Assembly: GCA_964626135.1 (NCBI GenBank)
Contig: CAZVEZ010000001.1
Coordinates: 18,955 to 82,954, forward strand
Direction: 5' to 3'
DNA length: 64,000 nt
Origin: an uncultured Nitrospira sp.
Lineage (GTDB): Bacteria; Nitrospirota; Nitrospiria; Nitrospirales; Nitrospiraceae
Shown: positions 27,795 through 38,489 of the stretch, piece after piece
Layout: each line of letters opens with the position of its first letter
Numbering within the stretch: the stretch's first letter is position 1
The notes under the pieces: generated by a model
What the model was told of the DNA's origin: nothing
Database searches by the model: none
The model's input: the letters and a program-made list of their open reading frames with translations, nothing else
Program-made: the position numbers and the translations under genes

Positions 27795-28676
27795 ATGATA
27801 GAATCGAAGTTATTGATCCGACAAGCGAAAGACCGGTTGATCGAGTTCCCCGCCAGGCCGCTCATTATGGGTGTCGTGAATGTGACGCCGGATTCGTTCC
27901 TTGATGGCGGCCGCTATTTTGATTCAGCCGCTGCAATTTCTCATGCCCTTCGATTGGTGGAAGATGGAGCTGATCTCCTGGACATCGGAGCAGAGTCGAC
28001 GCGTCCCGGAGCCGACATCGTCACCGAGGCAGAAGAGTGTCGCCGTGCTATTCCCGTCGTGACCGCAATTGCAAAAGCCGTCTCCGTTCCCATTTCGATC
28101 GATACGTCAAAGGCGGCTGTTGCCCAGGCGGCACTCGACGCAGGAGCGGTTCTCGTGAATGATGTCACGGCGCTACAAGGCGACCCTGCCATGGTTGACG
28201 TAGTCGCCCGAACGGGAGCCGGAATCGTGTTGATGCATATGCGCGGTACGCCGCGTACGATGCAGCAGACCCCCCATTACCATGATGTGGTGGGCGAGAT
28301 CTCAGACTTCTTCGAAGAACGAATCGGCTTTGCGATGGCGCACGGCATTGTACGAAGACAAATCATTCTTGATCCGGGCATCGGGTTTGGTAAGCTGCTG
28401 GTACATAATCTTACCCTGTTGGCTCGGTTGCACTATTTTATGCAGTTTGATTGTCCATTGATGATCGGGGTTTCCCACAAGGCATTCCTCGGGCAGCTGG
28501 TGGATGGTCATGTTCATGAGCGTCAGTGGGCTACGGCAGCGGCAGTGGCGATGGCAGTGGACCGTGGTGCTGGAATCCTTCGAGTCCATGACGTGAAAGC
28601 GATGAAGGATGTGGTGCAGGTGGCGGCTGCGATTAGTCAACAGTCGAGTGAAACTATGAAAGCACACCATGCGTAA
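27795..28676 (+). CDS. folP: Dihydropteroate synthase
   Basis: It contains [31 protein letters not shown] and LDPGIGFGK, the pterin-binding-domain motifs. Confidence 0.93.
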   Translation: MIESKLLIRQAKDRLIEFPARPLIMGVVNVTPDSFLDGGRYFDSAAAISHALRLVEDGADLLDIGAESTRPGADIVTEAEECRRAIPVVTAIAKAVSVPISIDTSKAAVAQAALDAGAVLVNDVTALQGDPAMVDVVARTGAGIVLMHMRGTPRTMQQTPHYHDVVGEISDFFEERIGFAMAHGIVRRQIILDPGIGFGKLLVHNLTLLARLHYFMQFDCPLMIGVSHKAFLGQLVDGHVHERQWATAAAVAMAVDRGAGILRVHDVKAMKDVVQVAAAISQQSSETMKAHHA

Positions 28677-30018
28677 ACTATTCGGTACCGACGGGGTTCG
28701 AGGGGTTGCCAACCTCGATCCAATGACCAGCGAAATGGCGATGCAGTTGGGGCGTGCAGCCGCACATCTGTTTATGCGCCGATCCGGACGCCATCAGATC
28801 GTGATCGGCAAAGACACCCGCATTTCAGGCTATATGTTGGAGTCAGCGTTGACCTCAGGAATTTGCTCGATGGGTGTCGATGTGTTGCTGGTCGGCCCGA
28901 TGCCGACGCCGGCGATCGCATTTCTGACAAGGAGCCTCCGCGCCGATGCCGGGGTGATGATCTCTGCCTCACACAATCCCTATCAGGACAACGGCATCAA
29001 GTTTTTTTCCAACGACGGGTTCAAGCTGCCCGATGAAATGGAATCCCGTATTGAGGAGCTCATTGTTTCAAACGAGATTGCCCATCTACGGCCCACGGCT
29101 GATGCTATTGGAAAAGCCTATCGAATCGACGATGCCGAGGGGCGGTACATTGAGTTCGTCAAGCGCTCTCTTCCAAAGGAGCTGGATTTTCAGGGCATCA
29201 AGATGGTGGTCGATTGTGCCAATGGCGCAGCCTACAAGGTTGCGCCGACAGTGTTGCGCGAGCTTGGAGCCAAGGTCGAAGTGATCGGTAATAAGCCGGA
29301 TGGGATGAATATCAATGCAGACTGTGGCGCGGTCCATCCAGAGTTGCTGCAGAAGGCGGTTCGAGAGCAGGGGGCTCATCTCGGATTGGCTTTGGACGGG
29401 GATGCGGATAGAGCGATCTTCGTCTGTGAGCAGGGCCAGGTTGTGGACGGCGATCATATTATGGCGATGTTGGCGTTAGACCTTCATAGCCGGGAGCAAT
29501 TGGCGAAGCAGACGGTAGTGGGGACTGTTATGAGTAATTTCGGATTGGAACTCGCAATGACCAGAGCGGGTATCACGCTCGCGCGAACTGCCGTCGGGGA
29601 CAGATATCTGCTCGAACGGATGTCGGCCGAGGGCTATAATTTCGGAGGAGAACAGTCAGGGCATTTTATTTTCCTGGACCATAATACGACCGGCGATGGC
29701 TTGATTTCGGCCCTGCAAGTCTTGTCGCTGATGAAGCGCACGGAGAAGCCGTTATCTGAACTGGCCCAAGCCATGACGGCGGTTCCGCAAGTATTACTCA
29801 ACGTGAAGGTGGCCAAGAAGCCGAATCTCGATAGGGTTCCAGAACTTCAACGCGCGATCCGTGAAGGTGAACAGTGCCTGAACGGCAGCGGACGCGTATT
29901 GGTGCGTTACTCCGGGACCGAACCGCTCTTGCGGGTTATGGTCGAAGGTGAGTGCGACACCATGATTCGCGAAGTAGCCGATCGTCTTGTCGGCATCGTC
30001 AAAACTCATCTCGTTTAG
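28669..30018 (+). CDS. glmM: Phosphoglucosamine mutase
   Basis: It starts [12 protein letters not shown], has the phosphoserine loop [14 protein letters not shown], the metal loop LDGDADR and the sugar-binding GEQSGH. It overlaps folP by 8 nt. Confidence 0.95.
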   Translation: MRKLFGTDGVRGVANLDPMTSEMAMQLGRAAAHLFMRRSGRHQIVIGKDTRISGYMLESALTSGICSMGVDVLLVGPMPTPAIAFLTRSLRADAGVMISASHNPYQDNGIKFFSNDGFKLPDEMESRIEELIVSNEIAHLRPTADAIGKAYRIDDAEGRYIEFVKRSLPKELDFQGIKMVVDCANGAAYKVAPTVLRELGAKVEVIGNKPDGMNINADCGAVHPELLQKAVREQGAHLGLALDGDADRAIFVCEQGQVVDGDHIMAMLALDLHSREQLAKQTVVGTVMSNFGLELAMTRAGITLARTAVGDRYLLERMSAEGYNFGGEQSGHFIFLDHNTTGDGLISALQVLSLMKRTEKPLSELAQAMTAVPQVLLNVKVAKKPNLDRVPELQRAIREGEQCLNGSGRVLVRYSGTEPLLRVMVEGECDTMIREVADRLVGIVKTHLV

Positions 30019-30046
30019 GATCGTCCCCCTCTATTGAGGGAGGCTC

Positions 30047-32590
30047 ATGCTGCCGTCCCTCACCAGTGCATTCATCGCCGGGCTTCTCGTCGGATCACAG
30101 ATTCCCTATTTCCCCTTGTCCACTTCGTGTGTCCTTCTTCTCTCTGCGCTAGGCGCCTATATCCTCGAACGGCTCAATTGCTTCTCTGCACGCCAGGCGA
30201 CGTGGCTCTATGGAGCACTCTTGGCGGGGGTTGTCTATTGGAGTGTCGCCGTCCATCTGGCAGCCCCAGGGATAATGGTCGAGGGGTCGTCCGATTCAGT
30301 GATCGAGGTGACCGGTCGTATTGTGGCTCCGGTACAACCTGCTCCGGATCGATTGAGCATGGTCATCAGATTAGACGATCCGGTTATCGTCTCAGGAGCG
30401 GCCACCCATGTTCGTTTGACCTGGCGCGCACCGGATCGACTGTTCTTTCAAGGCGATCGGGTGCGTTTTCGGGCGATGTTGCGCCGCCCAAGCGGATCAT
30501 TGAATCCTGGTGGATTCGACTATGCGGTCTATCTTGAGCGGCAAGGGATCGATGCAATCGCCACGGTGACTGGATCCGGCGCGGTGCTGTTTCTTGAGTC
30601 CGGGCGTGCGCATATCTGGTGGGCGATCTGGAATCAATTCGATCGGTGGAGGAGCAGTATCCGTCTCGCTGCGCTGGAGACTCTTCCTCAGCCTGCGTTG
30701 GGACTCTATGTGGGAATCATCATCGGTGATCGAGGGTATTTAGATCCGGACCTGCGGGATCAATTTATGGCGACCGGGACGGTGCATCTCCTCTCCATCT
30801 CAGGGAGCCACCTTGGTCTCGTCGCGCTGCTCATCTTCGCGGGGGTCAGATGGGCGATGATTCTGTTGCCTGCAGGTTGGCTTCTCGGGCTGTCTCGAAG
30901 GATTACGCCGACTCGTATTGCCGCTGCCTGCACGCTTGCTCCTGTCGCAGGGTATGCCTTTCTGGCCGGAGCGGAACTGGCTACGATGCGGTCATTGCTG
31001 ATGGTGACTGTGGGATTGAGTGCAATCTGGCTCGGCCAGGACCGCCGTCTCTTCCATGCCCTTTCTGCTTCTGCGGTGGTGATTCTGCTGCACGATCCCC
31101 AGGCACTATTCGATATCTCCTTTCAGCTCTCCTTTTTGTCCGTCTTTTCCCTTGCCGGATGGCTCTCCTGGCCGACGGCTGCTGAGCCGGAAGATTTGCC
31201 GAACCAGCCATCGTTTCTGAGAACGTGCGCTCGTTGGGGACGAGACGCCATGGTCATGAGCGGGGTCGTGACCGTGGTGACGCTTCCTCTGGTTGCATAC
31301 TATTTCAATCAATTGCCTTGGCTCGGTCTTTTTACCAATGTGGTGGCTGTCCCTGTGATGGGTATCCTGCTGGTTCCGATCGGACTGGCTGCCGGAATCT
31401 GGCAGATCGTGGTTGGGGGATCGATGCTGCCGTTGGCTTCGCTGAATCAGTGGCTGCTCGAACACTTTGTCGCTGCGGTCCGTCTGGTGTCGATGCTACC
31501 GGGAGGGGAATGGCATGTCGCGGCTCCGTCATTTCTCACGATGGTGCTGTTTTATGGTTGCCTTGCACTGCTGTGGCGGCGAGTGGGCAACACGAGATTC
31601 AGGTTGGCTGTGGGTGTTGGGGTGCTGGTGCTATTGCTCTGGTGGGCTTGGTCTCCACGGATGTTTCTTAATGGGGATCACTTCCGGGTCACGTTTCTGG
31701 ATGTCGGGCAAGGTGACAGCGCGGTTCTTGAGCTGCCTGATGGGCAGGTGATCCTGATCGACGGAGGGGCGACCTATGAGCGATTCGACATGGGCAGAGG
31801 GGTGGTGGCTCCGTTTCTTTGGAACCGGGGAATTCGAATCATCGACCAGGTGATCGGGACACATCCTCAACTTGATCATGTCGGAGGCCTGGCCTGGATA
31901 GTCCGTCATTTCATCGTGAAGAACTACTGGGGGTCTGGAGAGGTCCGTGAAGAATCCTTCTATCGACGATTGCAGCAAGCATTGGCCACTCAAGACCTGC
32001 AAGAAGGGGTGGCCAGAGAGGGACAGGAGATTGTCTCATCCGGTCCCTGCCGGATGGTAGTCCTCAACCCACCAACCGGCGAGCATCGTGCTGTGCCCCT
32101 GCTTGATAGCCACCGGGACGGACATGAGCTGAACAATCACTCGGTGGTGACTCGACTGACGTGTGGCGCTCATACAATGCTCTTTGCTGCGGATGTCGAG
32201 CGCGATGGCTTGTCGCGGATGACACATTCAACGTCTCATGGTTCGATTGATATCCTCAAAGTTCCTCATCACGGAGCAGAGAGTTCCTTAAATCGTGCCT
32301 GGTTGGCATCGGTGCATCCCCGATACGCCGTATTTTCAGCTGGTCGACACAATCGCTACAAGCACCCGGCCACGGCGGTTCTTGAGGCCTATGGATTGGA
32401 GGGCAGTACAGTGTTGCGCACCGACCTCGACGGCGGGGTGTGGTTTACCGGAGAGGTCTCCCACACGCCGCTCCATGTGTACCGGGCGAGAGATTTGGTG
32501 TGGCGGCCAACGAATAGAGCCGCGTGCTTGTGGGAGTGCGAACAGGCAAACTGGGATCGAGTCTTGAAACAATGGCGTGAGCGCTTTTGA
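30047..32590 (+). CDS. comEC: DNA internalization-related competence protein ComEC/Rec2 (three-domain form)
   Basis: The 847-aa product has an N-terminal OB/DUF4131-like part and a central polytopic competence domain (GTVHLLSISGSHLG). The C-terminal metallo-beta-lactamase domain reads FLDVGQGDS...THPQLDHVGG...KVPHHG. Confidence 0.9.
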   Translation: MLPSLTSAFIAGLLVGSQIPYFPLSTSCVLLLSALGAYILERLNCFSARQATWLYGALLAGVVYWSVAVHLAAPGIMVEGSSDSVIEVTGRIVAPVQPAPDRLSMVIRLDDPVIVSGAATHVRLTWRAPDRLFFQGDRVRFRAMLRRPSGSLNPGGFDYAVYLERQGIDAIATVTGSGAVLFLESGRAHIWWAIWNQFDRWRSSIRLAALETLPQPALGLYVGIIIGDRGYLDPDLRDQFMATGTVHLLSISGSHLGLVALLIFAGVRWAMILLPAGWLLGLSRRITPTRIAAACTLAPVAGYAFLAGAELATMRSLLMVTVGLSAIWLGQDRRLFHALSASAVVILLHDPQALFDISFQLSFLSVFSLAGWLSWPTAAEPEDLPNQPSFLRTCARWGRDAMVMSGVVTVVTLPLVAYYFNQLPWLGLFTNVVAVPVMGILLVPIGLAAGIWQIVVGGSMLPLASLNQWLLEHFVAAVRLVSMLPGGEWHVAAPSFLTMVLFYGCLALLWRRVGNTRFRLAVGVGVLVLLLWWAWSPRMFLNGDHFRVTFLDVGQGDSAVLELPDGQVILIDGGATYERFDMGRGVVAPFLWNRGIRIIDQVIGTHPQLDHVGGLAWIVRHFIVKNYWGSGEVREESFYRRLQQALATQDLQEGVAREGQEIVSSGPCRMVVLNPPTGEHRAVPLLDSHRDGHELNNHSVVTRLTCGAHTMLFAADVERDGLSRMTHSTSHGSIDILKVPHHGAESSLNRAWLASVHPRYAVFSAGRHNRYKHPATAVLEAYGLEGSTVLRTDLDGGVWFTGEVSHTPLHVYRARDLVWRPTNRAACLWECEQANWDRVLKQWRERF

Positions 32591-32777
32591 CCATCATCAT
32601 TTCAGTCACAGGTGTCGAACCGGTGCTCATGCAGAACTCTGATCACTGATTGCCAGATCCTCTCAAGTCGATGTGAGGATGCACATTTCATGTCTTGGAA
32701 AGGCGAATTTCGTCTCTGCTTTCATCTCCAGTAGAAGCTTCATAGCATAAGACCTCAACTTTGTTCATCTTTCATCA

Positions 32778-32789
32778 CTTGCTAGCAAG
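32778..32789. promoter_or_regulatory. Perfect 12-bp palindrome CTTGCTAGCAAG in the leader of the glycan locus (candidate operator)
   Basis: It is self-complementary and lies 67 nt upstream of the RHH gene ATG. Two ATGTGC-containing half-sites follow at about 32797 and 32826. Function is inferred only. Confidence 0.3.
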
Positions 32790-32855
32790 GCATAGCATGT
32801 GCATCCATCCGTGCTACTTATGCATATGTGCCTTAAACTTTTAGGGAGCTAGGGT

Positions 32856-33041
32856 ATGCCAAATCTCGTACGAATCGTCATTCAGTTACCCGTGAATCTC
32901 AAAACCCAGCTCGATAACCTGAAACAGCAAGGATACACGACGAGTGGCTTTATCAGAGCCATGTTGGAACGGGAGTTTGCCAAAATGGAAGAGAAGCCCG
33001 TGACACCATTTCCAGCTGGAAAACGAGTGAATAGCCGATAA
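32856..33041 (+). CDS. Ribbon-helix-helix (CopG/Arc/MetJ-like) DNA-binding protein
   Basis: The 61-aa product has an N-terminal beta-strand-like IVIQLPVNL followed by two short helices (KTQLDNLKQQGYTTSGFIRAMLEREF). The SD GGGAG has 7-nt spacing. Confidence 0.6.
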   Translation: MPNLVRIVIQLPVNLKTQLDNLKQQGYTTSGFIRAMLEREFAKMEEKPVTPFPAGKRVNSR

Positions 33042-33052
33042 CTGCTTGTGAG

Positions 33053-34087
33053 ATGCGGGATGATGAGAGAGCAGCCGGGAGAATTGTGACGAGGCTCACC
33101 GATCTTATTCGAGAACAGTCGAGTCAGGAGACTACTATTCCTGACGCAAAAGGTCTTAGTCGTTCCATGGGGAAGACCGGCCTTCCCCTTTCACCTTCCA
33201 TCTCGTCACCGTCTACTGTCGAGACCGATTGGTATCAACGCGCATGTCATGAGCTTCAGGGGATCAAGCGCGCGGTTCAGACGAAGCAGTCTTGGACACC
33301 CGATGAATTAGTCCTGATCGCATCCGGTATAGTCGCCTCCCTTGGAGCCGATGACAAGCTGGTTCAGAGGGTTCTGCAACATGATGCTGGAGACTATCTC
33401 GTCAACAATGCCGTCCATGTCGCAATCGTGAGTGTGAAGATTGCAGAAGCGCTCAAATATGAGCCGGCAAAGCTCGATCAAATTGCCTTAGCGGGATTAC
33501 TGCACGATCTCGGCATGTTTGTCCTGCCGGATGCACTGGTATACAAGGCCGGAACGTTGACAGATGCTGAGCTCCAAATTGTGAGGGAGCATCCACAGCA
33601 TGGAGCCCGTTTGCTCAAAGAAGCGGGAAAATCTTATCCGTGGGTGGAGAAGGTGATCCTGCAGGAGCATGAGAGACGGGATGGAAGCGGTTATCCGCAC
33701 TGCCTGATCGGTGATCAGATCGACGAGACGGCTCTCATCGTAGGGTTGGCGGACGCCTTCGACGCGATGATGAGTGCGCGGCCCTATCGACGCGGCGTGT
33801 CGCCCCATCGGGCGATTTATACGCTTCTTGTCAACGGCAAGACGGTGTTTCCGTATCATCTCTTAAAAGCCTTGATCGACCAGCTATCGATCTATCCGCT
33901 AGGGACGACTGTTCGACTCAACACCGGTGAAACCGGAGTGGTGTCTCGGTTGAATCGGCAGTATCCGATGCGTCCGATCTTGCACGTCTCGCAACCGTCT
34001 GCCTCGGCCCATGCGCTGGTCCCGAAGATCGTGGATTTGCGCACTGAGACCTCGCTGCACATTGTGGAAGTCGTGCCTATCGGTTGA
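33053..34087 (+). CDS. HD-GYP domain protein (c-di-GMP phosphodiesterase family)
   Basis: The HD motif is GLLHDLGMF, and the HD-GYP signature is QEHERRDGSGYPHCL (HHExxDGxGYP-like). The N-terminal ~110 aa are of unknown fold. The gene starts 11 nt after the RHH stop. Confidence 0.85.
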   Translation: MRDDERAAGRIVTRLTDLIREQSSQETTIPDAKGLSRSMGKTGLPLSPSISSPSTVETDWYQRACHELQGIKRAVQTKQSWTPDELVLIASGIVASLGADDKLVQRVLQHDAGDYLVNNAVHVAIVSVKIAEALKYEPAKLDQIALAGLLHDLGMFVLPDALVYKAGTLTDAELQIVREHPQHGARLLKEAGKSYPWVEKVILQEHERRDGSGYPHCLIGDQIDETALIVGLADAFDAMMSARPYRRGVSPHRAIYTLLVNGKTVFPYHLLKALIDQLSIYPLGTTVRLNTGETGVVSRLNRQYPMRPILHVSQPSASAHALVPKIVDLRTETSLHIVEVVPIG

Positions 34088-34116
34088 TCTGTGATGGGGA
34101 AATAGGAGAAACGGCT

Positions 34117-34905
34117 GTGCGACAGTTAATACTCCGTGATCTTATCGGTATTCTTGGCGCTGGTGCGATCTTCGCCGCAGGATTTCTCGGATGCCACAAT
34201 CCGGCTAGTTCGTCTTTGCCGCCGTCGGCAATCAGTCCTTCTGGCACGGCGGTTCCACCGTTGCCAAAGGGAGATGTCTATGCGGATGAAACCGTTCCAA
34301 CGTCGGAAACGCTCATCGAAACTGGCGATACGCTTGAAGTGGTCATTCGTCGAGGCGCCGGCGAGGAGAGGTTTACCAATGTCGTGCGGGAGAATGGACG
34401 GATTTCTATCGGGTTTATGGAGGTGGATGTCGGGGGTATCACTGCGGCTGCGGCAGAGACTCGTGTCCAGGAAGCTGCGGTGCCCTTTATGCGTCAGCCG
34501 ACTGTACAGATATTGCTGAAAAAGAAGGTGCTGAAGGTCAAGCGTGTCTTTGTGTTCGGGGATGTGAAGAAACCCGGGGTGGTGCCCATGCAGAGACATA
34601 TGACGGTGCTGCAAGCCATTGCTGCCGCCGACATGTATCACGAAACGGCATTGATGGAGGAAGTCCGGGTCATTCGAGGCGGCGATCTCACAGCGCCGCA
34701 CATTATCATGGCTGATCTTGCGCGCGCGTTTACCTATGGCGATATGACGAGAAACATCTCCTTGGAAGAAAACGACATCGTATTTGTGCCACGCGACCAT
34801 CTGGGCGATGCGGCCGAAGCCGGGAAATTGCTGATGCCGATCATTACGGCTGTTATTGCCCCGCTCTACCCCGTATTCATTCTTGATGCAGTACTGGGGC
34901 GATGA
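34117..34905 (+). CDS. Polysaccharide export outer-membrane lipoprotein (Wza/EpsE-like: Poly_export + SLBB)
   Basis: The lipoprotein signal is ...AAGFLGC|HN. The Poly_export pattern reads GDTLEVVI....NGRISIGFMEVDVGGIT..., followed by an SLBB-like VFVFGDVKKPGVVPM. I prefer the GTG at 34117 because AGGAGA lies 7 nt upstream. The track start at 34084 is a TTG that overlaps the HD-GYP stop. Confidence 0.8.
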   Translation: MRQLILRDLIGILGAGAIFAAGFLGCHNPASSSLPPSAISPSGTAVPPLPKGDVYADETVPTSETLIETGDTLEVVIRRGAGEERFTNVVRENGRISIGFMEVDVGGITAAAAETRVQEAAVPFMRQPTVQILLKKKVLKVKRVFVFGDVKKPGVVPMQRHMTVLQAIAAADMYHETALMEEVRVIRGGDLTAPHIIMADLARAFTYGDMTRNISLEENDIVFVPRDHLGDAAEAGKLLMPIITAVIAPLYPVFILDAVLGR

Positions 34906-34943
34906 TCACCGCGATCGAGACCGGAGAAGGATACTGAAACCGT

Positions 34944-37082
34944 ATGGCTCAATACGAACTCAATGTCATCGACTATTGGCTGATCATCAAGAAGCGGAAA
35001 TATCTCATTCTGCTGGCAGCGGGGCTTGTGGTGTCGTTCACATTCCTCTTTTCAGAAATGTTCAAACCGAGCCCGCTGTACGAAGCGTCTGCGCTGGTGA
35101 AGTTCGACCGCACAAGCACAGTTGCTCAGCAGTTGATCGAGACCATGTCCTTCTCTAACGCGAATGACCTTAGTTCCCAGACTGAATTTATCCGCGGATT
35201 TCCCGTGATGGAGCGCGTGGCGGTGGAATTGGGTCGCGTGCCGGCGGATGCGTCGCCAGAGGAAAAGCGATCGGCCACCTATCTGAACACGGTGTATGAC
35301 CTTGGACAGGAAATCAAGACGCAGCGGGAAGGCGACACGAACATCATCCGTATCACGGCCACCTCAGATCAACCTGAGATGGCGGAGAAGACAGCCAATT
35401 CCGTGGCCGATGCCTACCGCTTGGAAAATATCATGACCCGGAACCGGCTTGTCATGGAGTCACGGCGGTTTGTCGAGGAACAACTGGCCGGCCTTGAAAA
35501 GCAGTTGAACGATGCGGAAGACGCGTTACGCGCTTTTAGGGAGCGGGAAGGGCAGGTGTTCTTGACCGATGAGGCGCGCGCCGCGCTGGAGACGTTTACC
35601 AAATTGGAAGAGCAGCACAATGATGTAGCGCGTAAGCGGGCGGAAGGGGAACGGCAGATCTCAGTGCTCAGTCGAACAGAAGCTGTGCTTGGGAACCAGA
35701 CCGGCCGGATCTTTACGGAGGAACAGAATGCGTTGCTCACGATTCTGAATCAGCGTCTCCTCGATCTTCTCCAGGAGCGTAATACCCTTCTGATCAACTA
35801 CACAGCGGATCACCCGCAAGTCTTGGAGCAGCAGAAGAAGATCGATAATGTCAGAGCCGAGATGGTGCTCGAACTCCGAGCCAAACTCAAGACGATGCAA
35901 GATCGGGAGTCGACTCTTCTGGATCAGCGCGATCGCTATCGAAACCGGTATCTGCAGTTCCCGCGGGCGGCGATTGAGATGAGCCGTCTTGAGCGTGACG
36001 TGAAAATCAACGCCGATCTTTTGGCGACACTCAAGAGCAAGCATCAAGAGCTGCAGATCAAGAGCGCTGAACGGATTGAAGAGGTGACGATCATTGCGCC
36101 GGCCATTAGGCCTGGCGGACCGGTCAATTCGCCTAATACGGAGCTGAACCTCATGGTTGGGCTGCTCATGGGCGTCTTTTTGGGGATCGTCTTGGCGTTT
36201 GCGCGTGAATCGTTCGATACCTCGATCGGGACCATCGAGGGGGTCGAGGAATTTCTCAAAGTTCCAGTTCTCGGCGTCATCCCGCAGTTCGACAGTAAGG
36301 AAATGGAGGAAGCCGCCCGCGCCGCGCTGCCGGCTCATGCCTCTGCGCCGACCGTGGAGAATTTCTCGAAACTTATTTGCCTACTCGATCCAAAGTCTCC
36401 CCTGTCCGAGAGCCTGCGGTCGCTGCGCACGAACATTCAATTTGCCAGTATGGATCGGAAGGTCAAAACCATCCTCTTTACCAGCGCGGGTCTTGGAGAA
36501 GGCAAGAGCACCTGTGTGACTAATCTGGCGATTACCCTCGCCCAGGAGGGCCAACGGGTATTACTCGTCGATGCAGACCTTCGGCGGCCGATTGTCCACC
36601 AACGGCTGGGTCTCGAGCGGGTTCCAGGCCTGTCGGATGCTTTGGTCGGCAGCACGCCTTGGCGCAGTCACGTGCGGTCTGCCACGGATCTGATGCTCGG
36701 GCCGATGGGGGCAGATCGGGTGATGAGCACGCCGGGGTTGGACAATCTGCATATTCTGACCAGCGGGTCCGAGATAGGCAATCCGAATGAGTTTCTCAAT
36801 ATGAACAAGATCAAGACGTTCGTGAATGAAATGAATGAGGAATACGACCTCGTGCTCTTCGATACTCCTCCTATTCTTCCGGTTACGGATGCGGTGGCGT
36901 TCAGTTCGCGTGTAGACGGGACGATCCTGGTCTATCAAGTCGGGCGGATTGGTCGCAACGCTCTCAAACGGGCCAAGTTTCTCCTGGACCATGCGCAGGC
37001 CAATGTGATGGGCATCGTCTTGACGAACGTAAAGTCCGAGGTCGCGTCGGATTACGGTGTCTACCGATACGAATATCGCTGA
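34944..37082 (+). CDS. Chain-length determinant / bacterial tyrosine autokinase (Wzc/GumC-EpsG-like fusion)
   Basis: An N-terminal Wzz-like TM is followed by a long coiled-coil periplasmic region and a second TM. The C-terminal P-loop kinase has Walker A SAGLGEGKST, Walker A' LLVDADLRRP and Walker B LVLFDTPP. The terminal Tyr cluster is SDYGVYRYEYR. Confidence 0.88.
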   Translation: MAQYELNVIDYWLIIKKRKYLILLAAGLVVSFTFLFSEMFKPSPLYEASALVKFDRTSTVAQQLIETMSFSNANDLSSQTEFIRGFPVMERVAVELGRVPADASPEEKRSATYLNTVYDLGQEIKTQREGDTNIIRITATSDQPEMAEKTANSVADAYRLENIMTRNRLVMESRRFVEEQLAGLEKQLNDAEDALRAFREREGQVFLTDEARAALETFTKLEEQHNDVARKRAEGERQISVLSRTEAVLGNQTGRIFTEEQNALLTILNQRLLDLLQERNTLLINYTADHPQVLEQQKKIDNVRAEMVLELRAKLKTMQDRESTLLDQRDRYRNRYLQFPRAAIEMSRLERDVKINADLLATLKSKHQELQIKSAERIEEVTIIAPAIRPGGPVNSPNTELNLMVGLLMGVFLGIVLAFARESFDTSIGTIEGVEEFLKVPVLGVIPQFDSKEMEEAARAALPAHASAPTVENFSKLICLLDPKSPLSESLRSLRTNIQFASMDRKVKTILFTSAGLGEGKSTCVTNLAITLAQEGQRVLLVDADLRRPIVHQRLGLERVPGLSDALVGSTPWRSHVRSATDLMLGPMGADRVMSTPGLDNLHILTSGSEIGNPNEFLNMNKIKTFVNEMNEEYDLVLFDTPPILPVTDAVAFSSRVDGTILVYQVGRIGRNALKRAKFLLDHAQANVMGIVLTNVKSEVASDYGVYRYEYR

Positions 37083-37106
37083 CGCGGCAGTAGGAGCCGA
37101 CATCCC

Positions 37107-38489
37107 ATGCATGCGTCGATGATAAAGCCGCAAGATGCCGTGATCGTCTCGGTGCTTGCCGCCGTACTCGCGCTCGGTCTGACGATGACGACTCCGATGG
37201 TCGGGTTACAAGTCGTCATTGGGTTTCTCATTGTCCTGGTCGCCTTCACCTCGGTTCCCGCCTCGCTCTTCCTGCTGATCGGTTCCATGTTGCTCTCTCC
37301 AGAAATCGCAGTCGGACGAGTGGGTGGGAGAGGCGTGGGCATGCGGGACATCTCGTTCCGCGTGGACGATCTCCTGCTTGTGATCATCGGATTCAGTTGG
37401 CTGGTCAAGACGATCATCTATCGTGATCTGGCTCTCATTCGCGAGACGCCGATGAATCGCCCCATCATCTATTACATGCTGGTCTGTGTGCTTGCGACGT
37501 TGCTCGGCGTCATCGCCGGTCGCGTCCAACCGCTCACGGGATTCTTTTTCATCATGAAATACTTCGAGTATTTCTTCGTGTTTTTTATGGTCGTCAATCA
37601 TGTATCGACTAAACGGCAGGTCGTCAACCTGGTGACGGCGTTGTTGGCGATCTGTTTTGTGATCAGTGTATATGCGATTGTTCAGATTCCAAGCGGTCAA
37701 CGAGCGAGCGCGCCGTTCGAAGGCGAAAGCGGAGAACCCAATACGCTCGGCGGGTACCTGGTTTTTATCATGGCGATCGTTATAGGTCTCTTCCTCCACT
37801 TGAAGTCAGGAGCGACGAGGGTTGTGCTCGTCCTCCTCATGGGATTCATCAGCCTGGCTCTCATGGCCACGCTCTCCCGTTCGTCCTACTTGGCTGCCGG
37901 TGTCTTGATGCTGGCAGTCGCCGCAACGCAATGGCGGCGGCCAAGGGTGCTCGCGCTCATTCTCCTGCTCGCAGTCGTGCTCCCTTTTGCCGCGCCTGAT
38001 AATGTGAAGAATCGGGTCAAGGAGACATTCTTCGGACGTCAATACGGGGGAGAAATCGCAGTGGGAGGCGTCGGGCTGGATCTCTCCACGACCGAGCGGC
38101 TGCGTTCCTGGCAGTATGTGCTGAAAGATTGGCTCCACAGTCCTGTGCTCGGCCGTGGCGTAACCGGTTATGCGTGGGCTGATGCGCAATACGTCAAGAT
38201 TCTCGGCGAAACGGGTCTCGCAGGCCTCGTTGCATTTATCTTCTTGATTTTCCGGTTGTGGCGGCGCGCGCGCGAGACGTTTTTGGCCGAGCAGGATCCC
38301 TTCTGTAAGGGTTTGGCTCATGGATTGCTGCTCGGCATGGTCGCCATGCTTGCCCATGGCGTCGGCGCCAACACCTTCATTATCATCCGTATCATGGAGC
38401 CTTTCTGGCTGTGCGCCGGGCTCGTCATGATCTTGCCACGCCTGGCATCTGAGCAGAAGGACCCTGTCCCTCAGCGAGCATTCGTATGA
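37107..38489 (+). CDS. O-antigen ligase/polymerase-like membrane protein (Wzy_C family)
   Basis: The 460-aa product has about 11-12 TM helices. It contains the LSRSSYLA motif and a periplasmic loop (RLRSWQYVLKDWLHSPVLGRG), as in O-antigen ligase-like proteins. Confidence 0.72.
   Translation: MHASMIKPQDAVIVSVLAAVLALGLTMTTPMVGLQVVIGFLIVLVAFTSVPASLFLLIGSMLLSPEIAVGRVGGRGVGMRDISFRVDDLLLVIIGFSWLVKTIIYRDLALIRETPMNRPIIYYMLVCVLATLLGVIAGRVQPLTGFFFIMKYFEYFFVFFMVVNHVSTKRQVVNLVTALLAICFVISVYAIVQIPSGQRASAPFEGESGEPNTLGGYLVFIMAIVIGLFLHLKSGATRVVLVLLMGFISLALMATLSRSSYLAAGVLMLAVAATQWRRPRVLALILLLAVVLPFAAPDNVKNRVKETFFGRQYGGEIAVGGVGLDLSTTERLRSWQYVLKDWLHSPVLGRGVTGYAWADAQYVKILGETGLAGLVAFIFLIFRLWRRARETFLAEQDPFCKGLAHGLLLGMVAMLAHGVGANTFIIIRIMEPFWLCAGLVMILPRLASEQKDPVPQRAFV

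Noticed and set aside
30034-30537. A 167-aa plus-strand ORF overlapping the 5' part of comEC in another frame.
   Set aside because: The comEC frame continues for 847 aa with recognisable domains. The overlapping frame is Arg/Ser/Cys-rich with no motif.
32591-32855. A possible c-di-GMP (GEMM) or other riboswitch in the leader of the glycan locus.
   Set aside because: I could not recognise any conserved riboswitch core motif by eye. Only the palindrome and short repeats are supportable. An Infernal/Rfam scan would be needed.
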